Below are positions 38,163 through 47,949 of a DNA stretch of 64,000 nt, piece by piece (within the stretch, counting starts at the first letter, position 1; each line of letters starts with the position of its first letter). This stretch comes from Acidobacteriota bacterium (GTDB lineage: Bacteria > Acidobacteriota > UBA890 > WLXD01), in the NCBI GenBank assembly GCA_963666055.2, contig CAXWPH010000014.1, positions 448,001 to 512,000 on the forward strand. Direction: 5' to 3'. The position numbers and the translations under genes were made by a program. Under the pieces are notes generated by a model. That model made no database searches. It was not told the DNA's origin and saw only the letters and a list, made by a program, of their open reading frames with translations.

Positions 38163-40775
38163 ATGCTGAGAACCCTTGCACTCATCGCAGCCTTGCAGAT
38201 CGCCGCTCCGGCCCAAGAACTGGTTGTCGGCGCGCGCTACGACCCGAGTATTCCGACGCTCAAGGAAGCGGTCGGGCACGACTTTCGGGAGGAGATAACC
38301 CCACCCGACGAGATCGTTCTGTATATGGAGATACTCGCCGCATCCGCGCCGCAGCGCACACGTCTGATTCAGTATGCCGAGAGCTGGGAGGGACGTCCGC
38401 TGGTCGTCATGGTGATCGGCTCGGCGGAGCGCATGGCTCGGCTCGACGAGGTCAAGGCCGACCTGCGACGACTCGCCTACCCCGAAGGTCTCTCGGAGGC
38501 GGAGGCCACCGAGCTCATCGGTCGGCTACCTGTCGTGACGGCCCTCATGCACGGGGTGCATGGCAACGAGATCAGCTCCAACGGCGCCGCCATGGCCGAG
38601 GCCTACCACCTGCTCGCGGCGCAGGGAGACGCCACCGTCGACCTGATCCTGGCGGAGTCGCTGGTGCTCATCGATCCGGCCGAGAACCCGGACGGGCGTG
38701 CCCGATTCGTACAACAGAACACCATGGGCCAAGCTCGCTGGCCCGACCCGGCGCCCTTCTCAGCCGAGCACGACGAGCCCTGGCCGGGCGGGCGCGTGAA
38801 CCACTACCTGTTCGACCTCAACCGCGACCTGTTTATCCAGAGCCAGGCGGAGACGCGCGGCAAGGTGAAGCTGTTCCTCGACTTCTGGCCGCAGATCGTC
38901 GTCGACCTGCACGAGATGGGGGGCGACGCGACCTACTTTTTCCCGCCCACCGCACCCCCGTCCAACCCCTGGTACGGCGAGCGTCAGATCGCCCTGATGG
39001 ACGTGTTCGGTCGCGCCAACGCGACGGCGTTTGATCGGCGCGGCTTCGCCTATTTCAACCGCGACGTCTACGACCTGTTCTATCCGGGCTATGTCGACAT
39101 GTGGCCGATGGGCCACGGGGCGCTCGGCATGACCTACGAGCAGGCCTCGGCTCGGGCGCTCGTGTTGAAGCGTTCCGACGGCGATCTGCTGACCTACGGA
39201 GACGGCGTGCTGCACCACTTCACCGCGGCGATCACCAGCGCCGAGACCGCAGCACGCAACCGTGAGCGAATCCTGCGCGATTACCTGGAATTTCGACGCG
39301 AGGGGGTCGAGCTCGGCCAGCGGGGGCCGGCAGAGCTCGTACTGCACTCCGCCCACGACCCTGGGATGGCAGAGCGACTGGCGCGCATGCTGGTTAGAAA
39401 CGGGATCGAAGTGCGGGAAGCGACTGGTGCCGTCACGATCGGAGACCGCACGCTGTCAGCCGCCGGCACTTACATCGTGCCGATGGCGTAGCCGGCGCAT
39501 CGTTTCGCGCACAACCTGCTGGACGAGCACGTGCCGATGGACGAGGACTTCGTCCGCCGGCAGCTAGAGCTGCGCGAGGCGCGCAAGCGCGACGAGATCT
39601 ACGACCTGACAGCTTGGAGCCAGCCGCTGCTGTGGGACGTCGAGGTGCTCGAGGCGGAGGCGGCGACCGGAGCGGCCGGCAGCCTCATAAGCCCCGAGCC
39701 AGCCGCGACCGTAGCCGACACAACGCTGCCTCCTGCGCAGGTCGGATACCTGATTCCGTGGGGCACCAGCGGTGCAGCGACGGTCGCCGAGGCGCTCCGC
39801 GAGGGTATCCGCGTGCGCTCGGGCGGCGGTGAGTTCACCCTCGGGGACCGACAGTACGCCGTCGGCACAGCGATCGTCCGCACGGCGGAGAACGGGCCGG
39901 ATCTGAGGGAGCGGCTGGGTCGAATCGCCGCGACCCACCGGGCCGAGGTCGTTGCCATCGACGACTCCTATGTACGCGACGGCATGTCGCTCGGAAGCCG
40001 GCGCGTCTCGGCGCTGCGGGATCCGCGCGTCATGCTGGTCTACGACGCGCCGGGAAGATCCTACTCGGTTGGCTGGGCCCGGTACGTGCTCGAGCGCCGC
40101 TACGGTGTGCGCACCACCGCGGTGCGCGCTTCGAGCCTCGGGCGGGCGGCGCTCAGCGACTTCGACGTCATCGTCTTTCCCAGCGGAGACTATGAAGGCT
40201 CCGTCGATTCCGGGATGCTCGACGCGATCCGCCGATGGATGCGAGAAGGCGGAACCGTCATCACGCTGGCCGAGTCGACGCGCTGGGCATCGCGCTCGGG
40301 TCTGCTGGCAACCACCGCGGAGCGGCGCGGCGGCCGCGCCGAGGACGATGACCCCGACGCAGGCGAACCACCCGAGCAACCGATCGAGTACCTGGAAGAG
40401 ATCGTGCCCGAGGACGAGTCGCCAGAATCCGTCCCGGGCGCCATCCTACGCGTGGTGCTCGACACCGAGCACTGGCTGGCCGCCGGTACCGATGGTGAGA
40501 TCAGCGTGCTCGTCGAGGGAACGCGTGTGTTCCGCCCCGTCAAGCTGGGCGACGGAACCAACGTCGGTCGCTACGGTGAGCTCGACAACCTGGTGCTGAG
40601 CGGCATCGTCTGGGACGAGGGCCGTCCGCAGCTCGCCAGCAAGGCCTTCCTGATCCACCAGCCGGTCGGGCGAGGCCAGATCGTCGCCTTCGCGGAGGAT
40701 CCCAACTACCGGGCATACACCGAGGCAACCCAGCTGCTGTTCATCAACGCCGTGCTGCTGGGGCCGGGACGGTAG
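38163..40775 (+). pseudogene. M14 zinc carboxypeptidase family protein interrupted by an in-frame TAG at 39489-39491
   Basis: HGNE, NPDG, DLNRD, DLHEMG. Both ORF pieces share a frame, and the TAG sits at the Gln of the VPMAQP motif. Confidence 0.8.
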
Positions 40776-40902
40776 ACCTACCAGAGCACGCGATTCCAAC
40801 CTGGATCGTGATGTCGCGATCAAGGTTCCCTTCGACGGGAGTTTGGAGACACCCTCTGGCTGCGGTCGCGAACACGGAGCGGGACACCCCGAGACACAAA
40901 CA

Positions 40903-42273
40903 ATGAGCACCAAGGCAATAGGAGCCCTCGTCCTCACCATGGCGGTCGCCGGCGTCGGCCTCGAGGCCGGTGAGAACGACTGGCCACAGTGGCGCGGCGT
41001 CGACCGTCTTGGGCACTGGAATGACACCGGCATCGTCGACACGCTCCCCGCCGAGCTTCGGGTCACATGGCGTGTACCGATCAACGCAGGCTACGCTGGG
41101 CCCTCGGTTGCCGACGGACGGGTCTTCGTCACGGATTGGGCTGAAGACCCCGAGTCGCGAACGATGGACGGCACCGAACGCTTGCTCGCGCTGGACGAGC
41201 AGACGGGGGAAATCCTCTGGACGCACGCGTGGCAGACCAGCTACCGGATGCTGATGGCGTCCTATGCGATCGGGCCGCGGGCCACGCCCACCATCGACGG
41301 CGACCGTGTCTATGTCCTCGGCGCCACCGGTAGGCTCTTCTGCCTGGACGTCGAGACCGGCGCGGTCCGGTGGCACATCAGCTACGCCGACGATTACGGG
41401 ACCAGCATCCCAACCTGGGGCACCACCAGCGCGCCCCTCGTCGACGGCGACATCTTGATCGCGGTGGTCGGCGCAGAACCAGATGGCATGGTTATGGCGT
41501 TCGATAAGCACACGGGTGCAGAGCGCTGGCGCGCTGTCCGGGTTAGCGGCGAAATGGGCTACAGCCAACCGGTGATTTACCAAGCGGGTGGTGTCCGTCA
41601 GTTGATCGTCTGGCATGCCTCCGCGCTCGTCTCGCTGGACCCAGACACCGGCGCGATTTACTGGGAGCAGCCGATCGAGGCCGGCGCCGGCATGGCGGTC
41701 GCGACCCCGGTCAAGGCCGGCGACTATCTCCTGGTCTCCCAGCTCCACAACGGCTCGACGATGATGCGGCTGAGCTCGGATCGACCGGCGGCGACGGTGT
41801 TGTGGCAAGGACAGAGTCGCAACCTGGACCGGCCCGAGGGGCTCCATACGACGATCAGCAGTCCGATCATCATCGGCGACTACTTCTATGGTTTGGGGGT
41901 CAACGGCGAGCTCCGTGGTCTCGACGCCCGGACCGGCGAGCGGGTGTGGGAAGACCTCACGATGAACGCCAACGAGCGTCAGCAGTGGGGAGTAATCCGG
42001 TGGGGTACGGCCTTCATGGTGCGACAGGGCGATCGCTACTTCATCAACAGCGACGAGGGGAACCTGATCATCGCGCGGTTCACGCCGCAGGGCGACCAGG
42101 AGCTCAGCCGGACGCGGCTGATCGAGCCGACTACCAGCGCCGGTATCGGTGTCAGGCGGCGCTACGACCGCCTCGTCAACTGGTCGCACCCCGCCTACGC
42201 GAACCGCCATATCGTGCACCGCAACGACCGCGAGATTCTCCGCGCCTCGCTGGCGGCGGCCGACTACGACTAA
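40903..42273 (+). CDS. PQQ-binding-like beta-propeller (BamB-like) protein
   Basis: Signal peptide, DWPQWRG, GYAGPSVADGRVF, GPRATP, WSHPAYAN. Confidence 0.88.
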   Translation: MSTKAIGALVLTMAVAGVGLEAGENDWPQWRGVDRLGHWNDTGIVDTLPAELRVTWRVPINAGYAGPSVADGRVFVTDWAEDPESRTMDGTERLLALDEQTGEILWTHAWQTSYRMLMASYAIGPRATPTIDGDRVYVLGATGRLFCLDVETGAVRWHISYADDYGTSIPTWGTTSAPLVDGDILIAVVGAEPDGMVMAFDKHTGAERWRAVRVSGEMGYSQPVIYQAGGVRQLIVWHASALVSLDPDTGAIYWEQPIEAGAGMAVATPVKAGDYLLVSQLHNGSTMMRLSSDRPAATVLWQGQSRNLDRPEGLHTTISSPIIIGDYFYGLGVNGELRGLDARTGERVWEDLTMNANERQQWGVIRWGTAFMVRQGDRYFINSDEGNLIIARFTPQGDQELSRTRLIEPTTSAGIGVRRRYDRLVNWSHPAYANRHIVHRNDREILRASLAAADYD

Positions 42274-42346
42274 TGGGCGCCGCCGTGAGTCACTCGAACA
42301 GTCTGCGGCGGACCAGCGACAACCGCGTTCGTCCCGTCGCAAGACC

Positions 42347-42607
42347 CTATCTGGCCACCAGCGCCGTGGGTGGCGAGACCCGACCGATCTGGTCAGGATC
42401 GGTCGGGTCGGGCAATTCCCACCCGGTGACCAGCTGGTCCGGCTGTGGAAACGGCAGCGGGCGCAGCATGACGCCGTAGACGAGGCTGAAGATCGCGGTG
42501 GTGGCGCCAATGCCGAACGCGAGCGTCAGGACGGCCACGGCCGTGAAGCCGGGGGTGTTCCTATGACTGCGGGCAGCGTAGCGAACGTCTTGGAGGAGTG
42601 CGCCCAT
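42347..42607 (-). pseudogene. ADOP permease N-terminal fragment
   Basis: [11 protein letters not shown]...[34 protein letters not shown], then the similarity is lost. Confidence 0.8.
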
Positions 42608-42706
42608 AGGAGAAATCGCTCCCTTCGGAGATTCGTGTGCACCTGGAAGGGTGGCCGGCGGCCGCAGGCGCGCTGGGATCAGCGGGAAGGACACCTCGAT
42701 ACCGAG

Positions 42707-42742
42707 TTGATTATTAGCCAAGGCTAAATTAGCCTTGGCTAA
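42707..42742 (+). promoter_or_regulatory. Sigma70-like promoter overlapped by a perfect 29-bp palindromic operator
   Basis: TTGATT(42707)-N17-TAGCCT(42730); TTAGCCAAGGCTAA-A-TTAGCCTTGGCTAA at 42714-42742. Confidence 0.7.
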
Positions 42743-42770
42743 CTTTTCGATCATCTCCTCGGACCAACCC

Positions 42771-43922
42771 ATGGAAAGCATGCGAGCCCAATCCACAACC
42801 ATCGGACTGCTCTTGGTAACCGGCACGTTGCTCTTGGCCGCACCGGCCGAGGCCATTCCGTACTTTGCCCGCAAGTACGACGTGGGCTGTGACAGCTGCC
42901 ATTCCGTCGTGCCGAAGCTGAACACAACTGGGCTGGCGTTCCGGGCGAACGGTTACTCGCTCCCCGGATTCACCGCCCGACAGACGCTGGCGGTGGCGGC
43001 CTGGGTGAGCGGGCGCTACGAGAATCGCCCCGACGCCGATACCAGCGGCACTGTTTTCGACAAGGTCGAGCTCATCAGCGGTGGTCGGCTAGGTAGTCGC
43101 GTCAGTTACTTTGCCGAATGGCGCGCGGTGAGTCTCGGCCTGCAGGACGGAGGTGGCCTCTCGGACCGATCCGGCCGGTTCGAGGATCTGTTCGTCGGCT
43201 TCGACCTCTCCGACAGCCTAACGCTCACCGCCGGACAGTTTCGGCACTTCAACCAATTCGACGCCTCGCTCAGGTTATCGGCATCGACCCCGCTCGCCCT
43301 CGGCGGCAGCATCAGCGGGGAGCGGCAACCCGGCGACACCGACCGCCAGGCCTCCCTGCGGAGGTTCTCGCCGGCCGGCCGCTCGCCGTCGGCAATGCTC
43401 ACCTACCACGCCCCGACCGGCGGTGGCAGCAACAGCGCTGACGGCTGGTATGCGCACGCCGCCGTACCGTTCCCGGGGGAGTTCTCAATTCCGTTGACCG
43501 CCGAGGCACGGGATCGCGCCAGCTTCGAGTTCGACACCCGCGCCAAGGGAGTCGTGTTGGAGAGCTACTACCGGCATGGTCTGTCATCAATCGGCGGCCA
43601 CGCCTACCTCGGCCGCGACAGCAAGCTGTACACCGGCTTATTCAGCCTCGATCCGGGGCGGTGGAATACGACCTTTGCCATCGGCTCCGGCGTCGTGGAC
43701 GGGGTATCCGACCATCGCCTCAGCTGGTGGACCGAGTACCAGCCAGCGGCCGGATTCAACCTGGGTTACCGACTCGACGATTCCAGCTTCGGCACGGCTG
43801 CGCACCACCTCTATGCCGATTACCAGATCTTCTCGAAGCGCGGCGTATTGTGGTTCCTGGTCGAGCAGCGTTTTCGCGACGGCGCCGATCGCACGATCCT
43901 AGCGCTCAACGGAGTATTCTGA
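42771..43922 (+). CDS. Cyc2-like fused monoheme cytochrome c / outer-membrane beta-barrel
   Basis: Signal peptide, [14 protein letters not shown]...PKLN..G..F..NGY, amphipathic beta-strands, C-terminal Phe. Confidence 0.72.
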   Translation: MESMRAQSTTIGLLLVTGTLLLAAPAEAIPYFARKYDVGCDSCHSVVPKLNTTGLAFRANGYSLPGFTARQTLAVAAWVSGRYENRPDADTSGTVFDKVELISGGRLGSRVSYFAEWRAVSLGLQDGGGLSDRSGRFEDLFVGFDLSDSLTLTAGQFRHFNQFDASLRLSASTPLALGGSISGERQPGDTDRQASLRRFSPAGRSPSAMLTYHAPTGGGSNSADGWYAHAAVPFPGEFSIPLTAEARDRASFEFDTRAKGVVLESYYRHGLSSIGGHAYLGRDSKLYTGLFSLDPGRWNTTFAIGSGVVDGVSDHRLSWWTEYQPAAGFNLGYRLDDSSFGTAAHHLYADYQIFSKRGVLWFLVEQRFRDGADRTILALNGVF

Positions 43923-44017
43923 TCTCGCTGGTCTTCGTGTCGCAGGGTGCGAGCGCTCAGTGATTCGACCATATGGGCTCGGTCCCACCGCCGGACGAGA
44001 TCTTGAGCTCCCGATCC

Positions 44018-44821
44018 GGTACTGTCAAGTTAAGGACGCGACGCTCGGATTCGGGCAAGCTGCGGCCTGGAGCCGGGTTACCTCAGGCGGTGACGACCTC
44101 GCCCCAGGTCACAAAGGCGCGAGTCCGAAGCACCCGGTAGTTCGCAGATCGTAATCGGTGCCGGCTAAGGTTGAAGAGACTCCGGACTGCACCGTGCACG
44201 GACAGAAACCGCTGAGCTTGAGCCGCGGACTTGAACTTGCGCATCTGCCTCTCTCTTTGCCGGGTCGGCTGATGCGAGATCTCTGCTCGGTTATTCGCGT
44301 AGCGCGCCGTGACATGCTCCACCGAGGGCATCACATTCCTGTGTGCGGCCCCATAGCTTCCGAGCTTGTCGGTGATCAACCATCGAGGTTCGCTCCCCTG
44401 CCCTTTCAACAGCTTCTTGAAGAAACGTCTGGCAGCGTAGGCGTTGCGATGTCGTTGGACCAGAATGTCAATCACGTCACCATCTTGATCAACAGCGCGC
44501 CACAGATAGTGCCGCTTGCCGCGGATGCTGACGAAGACCTCGTCCAAGAACCAGGTGTCCCCGAGTCGACCTTGCCTCCGACGAAGCTTCGCTGCGTACT
44601 TGGGCCCGAACTTTGTGCACCAATACCGGATCGCCTCGTAGGAGACGATCACGCCGCGCTCGGCCAACAGGTCCTCAACATCTCGGAGGCTCAGGCCAAA
44701 GCGATGATACAGCCACACGGCGTGGCTGATGATCTCCGGAGGAAACCGGTGTCGACGGTAGCTATGCGGGATGGTGTTCATCGCCGAACTCTGCCAGCCT
44801 GCCGGTTAACTTGACAGTACC
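44018..44821 (-). mobile_element. IS6 family insertion sequence
   Basis: Perfect 16-bp terminal IRs GGTACTGTCAAGTTAA / TTAACTTGACAGTACC; no flanking direct repeat. Confidence 0.93.
44083..44781 (-). CDS. IS6 family DDE transposase
   Basis: HRFPPEII, WFLDEVF, YLWRAVD, ITDK, NNRAEISH. Confidence 0.95.
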   Translation of the reverse strand: MNTIPHSYRRHRFPPEIISHAVWLYHRFGLSLRDVEDLLAERGVIVSYEAIRYWCTKFGPKYAAKLRRRQGRLGDTWFLDEVFVSIRGKRHYLWRAVDQDGDVIDILVQRHRNAYAARRFFKKLLKGQGSEPRWLITDKLGSYGAAHRNVMPSVEHVTARYANNRAEISHQPTRQRERQMRKFKSAAQAQRFLSVHGAVRSLFNLSRHRLRSANYRVLRTRAFVTWGEVVTA

Positions 44822-44901
44822 CCTTCCAGGTACGTCCCACCAAGAAAACTCCCTTTGGATCGGGCCCGAGTGGGCTCTGGCTGTAAGCTATTGAATCTAA
44901 A

Positions 44902-44954
44902 GAGCCAGCGCGCGGATTCGAACCGCGGACCTGCTGATTACGAATCAGTTGCTC
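44902..44954 (-). pseudogene. tRNA-Thr(CGT) 3' fragment (att-site relic)
   Basis: Minus strand GAGCAACTGA-TTCGTAA-TCAGCAGGTCCGCGGTTCGAATCCGCGCGCTGGCTC; the 5' acceptor strand and D arm are absent. Confidence 0.8.
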
Positions 44955-45054
44955 CGATCGCACTATGGGGCCGCCTTCATCCGACCGATCTGGGGTGTAC
45001 GAACGGTCAATCGGTGTCGATCGTTAGATGGCTGTTAGATATCGACCCCAGACA

Positions 45055-45111
45055 CAGAAAGCCCCGGTGACGAGCACGGGGAAAAATCGCTACGCCACCA
45101 GGGCTTTTCTG
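45055..45111. terminator. Possible terminator/inverted repeat 3' of the tRNA-fMet fragment
   Basis: CAGAAAGCCCCGGTG ... CACCAGGGCTTTTCTG, imperfect IR with a large loop. Confidence 0.35.
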
Positions 45112-45113
45112 AA

Positions 45114-45156
45114 GTAGCGGGGGCAGGATTCGAACCTACGACCTTCGGGTTATGAG
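45114..45156 (-). pseudogene. Initiator tRNA-Met(CAT) 3' fragment; probable att end of the adjacent integrated element
   Basis: Minus strand CTCATAACCCGAAGGTCGTAGGTTCGAATCCTGCCCCCGCTAC; similarity begins at the anticodon loop, about 160 bp from the integrase stop. Confidence 0.82.
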
Positions 45157-45315
45157 TCTGTTTGGGGCGTTTGCGGCTCATTCCTTCTCGTTCGAGATAA
45201 GTTGATAACCTTCGTGTTGTCAGCAGGTTACAGGTTACCTGTCTTCCATCTGATTCCCGCTGATTCTTGCCGCTTCGGCTCCGTCCGTGGCATTTCGCGG
45301 CATGACCAGGGCCAC

Positions 45316-46497
45316 TCAGGCACCTCCTTCGAGGACATCGGACCGGCGACGCTTCGTCGCGCGGATCGCCTCTTGCAAGCGTCCCATTGCGCGGTCGCTG
45401 GTCTCTTCGAAGCAGTGCCCGTAGACATCGAGCGTGAAGGAGGCACTTGCGTGGCCGAGCTGGCGGCTCACGTATTTGATGCTCTCGCCATTGTCGATCA
45501 GCAGCGACGCGAAGGTGTGCCGCAGGGAGTGCAGGCCGATCGAGTTCCGTAGGCCGGCACGCTCCCGCAGCTTCGCCCAGACGCGGGTGTTCCAGTTGTC
45601 GGGGTCGACCGGGGTGCCCTTCGGTGTGCGGAACACGTAATCGTTGGAGCCGGCGCTGTCCGTGTCGCGCAGATGCTCAAGAGCGGCGAGCACGTCTCGT
45701 GGTGCGTCGACGGTGCGGGCGCTGCCGCTTGTCTTGGGCGTAGACACCTCGCCCGCCGACAGTGCGCGGCGCACGTGGATCCGGCCACCGTTGCCGTTGT
45801 TGCCAGCTTCGATGTCACGGTGTTTGAGCGCGAGTATTTCACCGCGGCGTAGCCCACAGTACAGCGCTAGATGAACCGCGGCCGATTCCTCGGGCGTTGC
45901 GCACGCCTCGAGCAGCGCGGCCATTTCTTCGTGCTGCAGGAAGTCACGACGGGACGCGCGGCGGTCGGCCCGGTCGACCTGCATCCGCTTGATGCCGAGC
46001 ATGGGATCGTGCTTGAGGAAGCCCTGCGCTGGCTCCTGCGCCCACGTCAGGACTTGCCGGAGCAGACCAAGCAGATTGTTGAGCGTCTTCTTGCTCATCT
46101 CACCTTCACCGACCTTCGCGGCCAGTTCCTTCCGCCACGCGGCGACCGCGGTCGGTGTGAGCCTGTCGGAAGGGCAGTCGCCAAACGCGTCAATGAAGTG
46201 CTTCTCGACAATGTTGCGATAGGTCCGGGCCGTGCTCGGCTTCATGCGGTCGCCAGTGGCAAGGCGAACGTCGAGCTCGTCGGAGAGCCACGTCTTGAAG
46301 ACTTTCTTCATCGGCGCCGGCTGAACCTTGCGGAAGGTTCCGTCTCGGAGCTGGCCGCACGTCTTGTCGAGGAAAGCCTCAGCGTCCTTCTTGCGGCGAA
46401 ACGTCTTCGTGCGGTGATCGCCTTCAGGGGTTCGATATCGGCAGTCATAGCGCTTGGTGCCGTCTCGCAGGATGCGCGTGCGGATGATTCCTCTCAT
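45316..46497 (-). CDS. int: Tyrosine recombinase / phage integrase
   Basis: GLRRGEILAL, PKT, HSLRHTFAS, QLGH, TLDVYGH; all catalytic residues present. Confidence 0.95.
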   Translation of the reverse strand: MRGIIRTRILRDGTKRYDCRYRTPEGDHRTKTFRRKKDAEAFLDKTCGQLRDGTFRKVQPAPMKKVFKTWLSDELDVRLATGDRMKPSTARTYRNIVEKHFIDAFGDCPSDRLTPTAVAAWRKELAAKVGEGEMSKKTLNNLLGLLRQVLTWAQEPAQGFLKHDPMLGIKRMQVDRADRRASRRDFLQHEEMAALLEACATPEESAAVHLALYCGLRRGEILALKHRDIEAGNNGNGGRIHVRRALSAGEVSTPKTSGSARTVDAPRDVLAALEHLRDTDSAGSNDYVFRTPKGTPVDPDNWNTRVWAKLRERAGLRNSIGLHSLRHTFASLLIDNGESIKYVSRQLGHASASFTLDVYGHCFEETSDRAMGRLQEAIRATKRRRSDVLEGGA

Positions 46498-47168
46498 TTC
46501 GCGCCTCCCCTGCGCTTCTGGGTCTTGATGTTCGGATTGCCGGTGGCTCGACGCACGCGGCGCTGGTGCTCCTCCGCGTAGTCGCGCCTGCGGTCGCGCG
46601 CGAAGTTGCGGTGCCGGCAGGTGGGTTCGTGGTAGAGCTGTCGCTTGTCTCGGGGCAGAAACCACGCCACGCACACGTCGTACCTGCACCGGCGCAGTTG
46701 AGGCCACCACTGAATAATTAGGTCGGACGCCGCAGCCAAGAGAAGGGCTTCGACTGGAGCGCCTTCGTACCAGCGCCGTAGCGTCCCGTCCTCTTGACGC
46801 TCTAGCGCCCATCCAACGCGGCGGTCGACGGGCTCGCCCCTAGCCCACACAGTTTCAGATACGGACCACCTCTTGTCAGTCGCCAGCTGCTCCATGCCTC
46901 GCTTCAATGTGGCCTGGAACCGGGCCAGCACTTTGTCCCGCCAGACTTCTCCTTCGCTTGGCGCGGTGAGAACGTCGTTCGAATCTGCGGTTGGACCCAA
47001 TAGATAGCGCTCGACATCGGTGCAGAGATCGAGCATCTCTCCGCGGCGAAGTGTCGTTATCCGCCCATCACCGCCAAAGGCGATTTCCTGTTGCAGGAAG
47101 TCCAACAGCCACCTAATTCCCTTCGGGTCGGCCTCGTTCACGTCGATAAACCTCGCAGGGCTGTACAC
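46494..47168 (-). CDS. Protein with a C-terminal CGNR-like zinc finger, coupled to int
   Basis: LRRCRYDVCVAWF...YHEPTCR; its TGA overlaps the integrase ATG. Confidence 0.6.
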   Translation of the reverse strand: MYSPARFIDVNEADPKGIRWLLDFLQQEIAFGGDGRITTLRRGEMLDLCTDVERYLLGPTADSNDVLTAPSEGEVWRDKVLARFQATLKRGMEQLATDKRWSVSETVWARGEPVDRRVGWALERQEDGTLRRWYEGAPVEALLLAAASDLIIQWWPQLRRCRYDVCVAWFLPRDKRQLYHEPTCRHRNFARDRRRDYAEEHQRRVRRATGNPNIKTQKRRGGAK

Positions 47169-47317
47169 GGCAACACAACTAGCATCTTATACATATATAT
47201 CTGTTGACGTAATGTAATTTAGTTCGTCAACGCATCAATCTATTATTTGTTGCCGTGCCTCTATAATAAATAGGCGCGAGAGAGAATCTGTGAACCCAGA
47301 CCTGAGGGAACAGCGGA

Positions 47318-47551
47318 ATGACTCGCATCGAATTCGAGCGACGGCGCCGAGGGTGGACCCAGACAACACTCGGCTATCACGCCCGCATGACGCAGAGCGA
47401 TGTGTCGCGGATCGAATGTCGACGATTCCACCCCACACGGCTCTACCTTGGGCGGATTTCTCATGCGCTCGGAATACCGGCCGATGAGCTTCTTGACGAG
47501 GTGAAGGAGGACAGCACGACCGCAGCGAGGGTGGGCCATGCCGCTCCCTGA
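47318..47551 (+). CDS. XRE-family HTH (Cro-like) regulator
   Basis: RRRRGWTQTTLG...MTQSDVSRIE...ISHALGI. Confidence 0.85.
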   Translation: MTRIEFERRRRGWTQTTLGYHARMTQSDVSRIECRRFHPTRLYLGRISHALGIPADELLDEVKEDSTTAARVGHAAP

Positions 47552-47741
47552 GCCTCTTCTCGACGTCGCGGCAGTGAGCGATCTGCTGGGCGTGCCGAGG
47601 TCGTGGATCTACGCGGCTGTCGAACACGATCCGCCACGTCTTCCGTATTACCGGGTGGGGAGATACATCAAATTTCGGGCCAGCGAGATCGAAATGTGGA
47701 TACGAGCCCGAGGACGGGGGAACGACCATGGACGCGCATGA
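47538..47741 (+). CDS. Excisionase-like HTH_17 DNA-binding protein
   Basis: LLDVAAVSDLLGVPRSWIY...LPYYRVGRYIKFRASEIEMW. Confidence 0.85.
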   Translation: MPLPEPLLDVAAVSDLLGVPRSWIYAAVEHDPPRLPYYRVGRYIKFRASEIEMWIRARGRGNDHGRA

Positions 47742-47949
47742 CGCCTCGCCGCTGCAGCGCCCTCATCGAAGCAGCGGAGCGCGCTTGACGCGCCGGAGGT
47801 ACCAGGCGTGCGGCGCGGTGAACGTCACGGTGGGCCCCGAGTCCCGGCCGTTGTTCGCCCTGCTGCGGTGCCACGCGTGCGGGCGGGCCACCTGGGCCCA
47901 GCCTGCGTGGCCACCGCGGTGGTGGGACCCGTCGGGTGAGGGAACGTGA
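47728..47949 (+). CDS. Small hypothetical protein (CxxC)
   Basis: Overlaps both neighbours in the operon; contains RCHACGR. Confidence 0.45.
   Translation: MDAHDASPLQRPHRSSGARLTRRRYQACGAVNVTVGPESRPLFALLRCHACGRATWAQPAWPPRWWDPSGEGT

Noticed and set aside
39489-39491. Pyrrolysine or TAG reassignment in the M14 gene
   Set aside because: TAG is a normal stop elsewhere (27506, 40775, 51018), no pyl genes are visible, and the position corresponds to Gln (CAG).
40744-42510. 588-aa minus-strand ORF and similar long antisense ORFs (36344-37684, 56165-57475, 17819-18853)
   Set aside because: They are shadow frames of well-supported genes in high-GC DNA and have no motifs.
44902-45156. Functional tRNA-Thr and tRNA-fMet genes
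   Set aside because: The 5' acceptor strands and D arms cannot be found; these are 3' fragments only.
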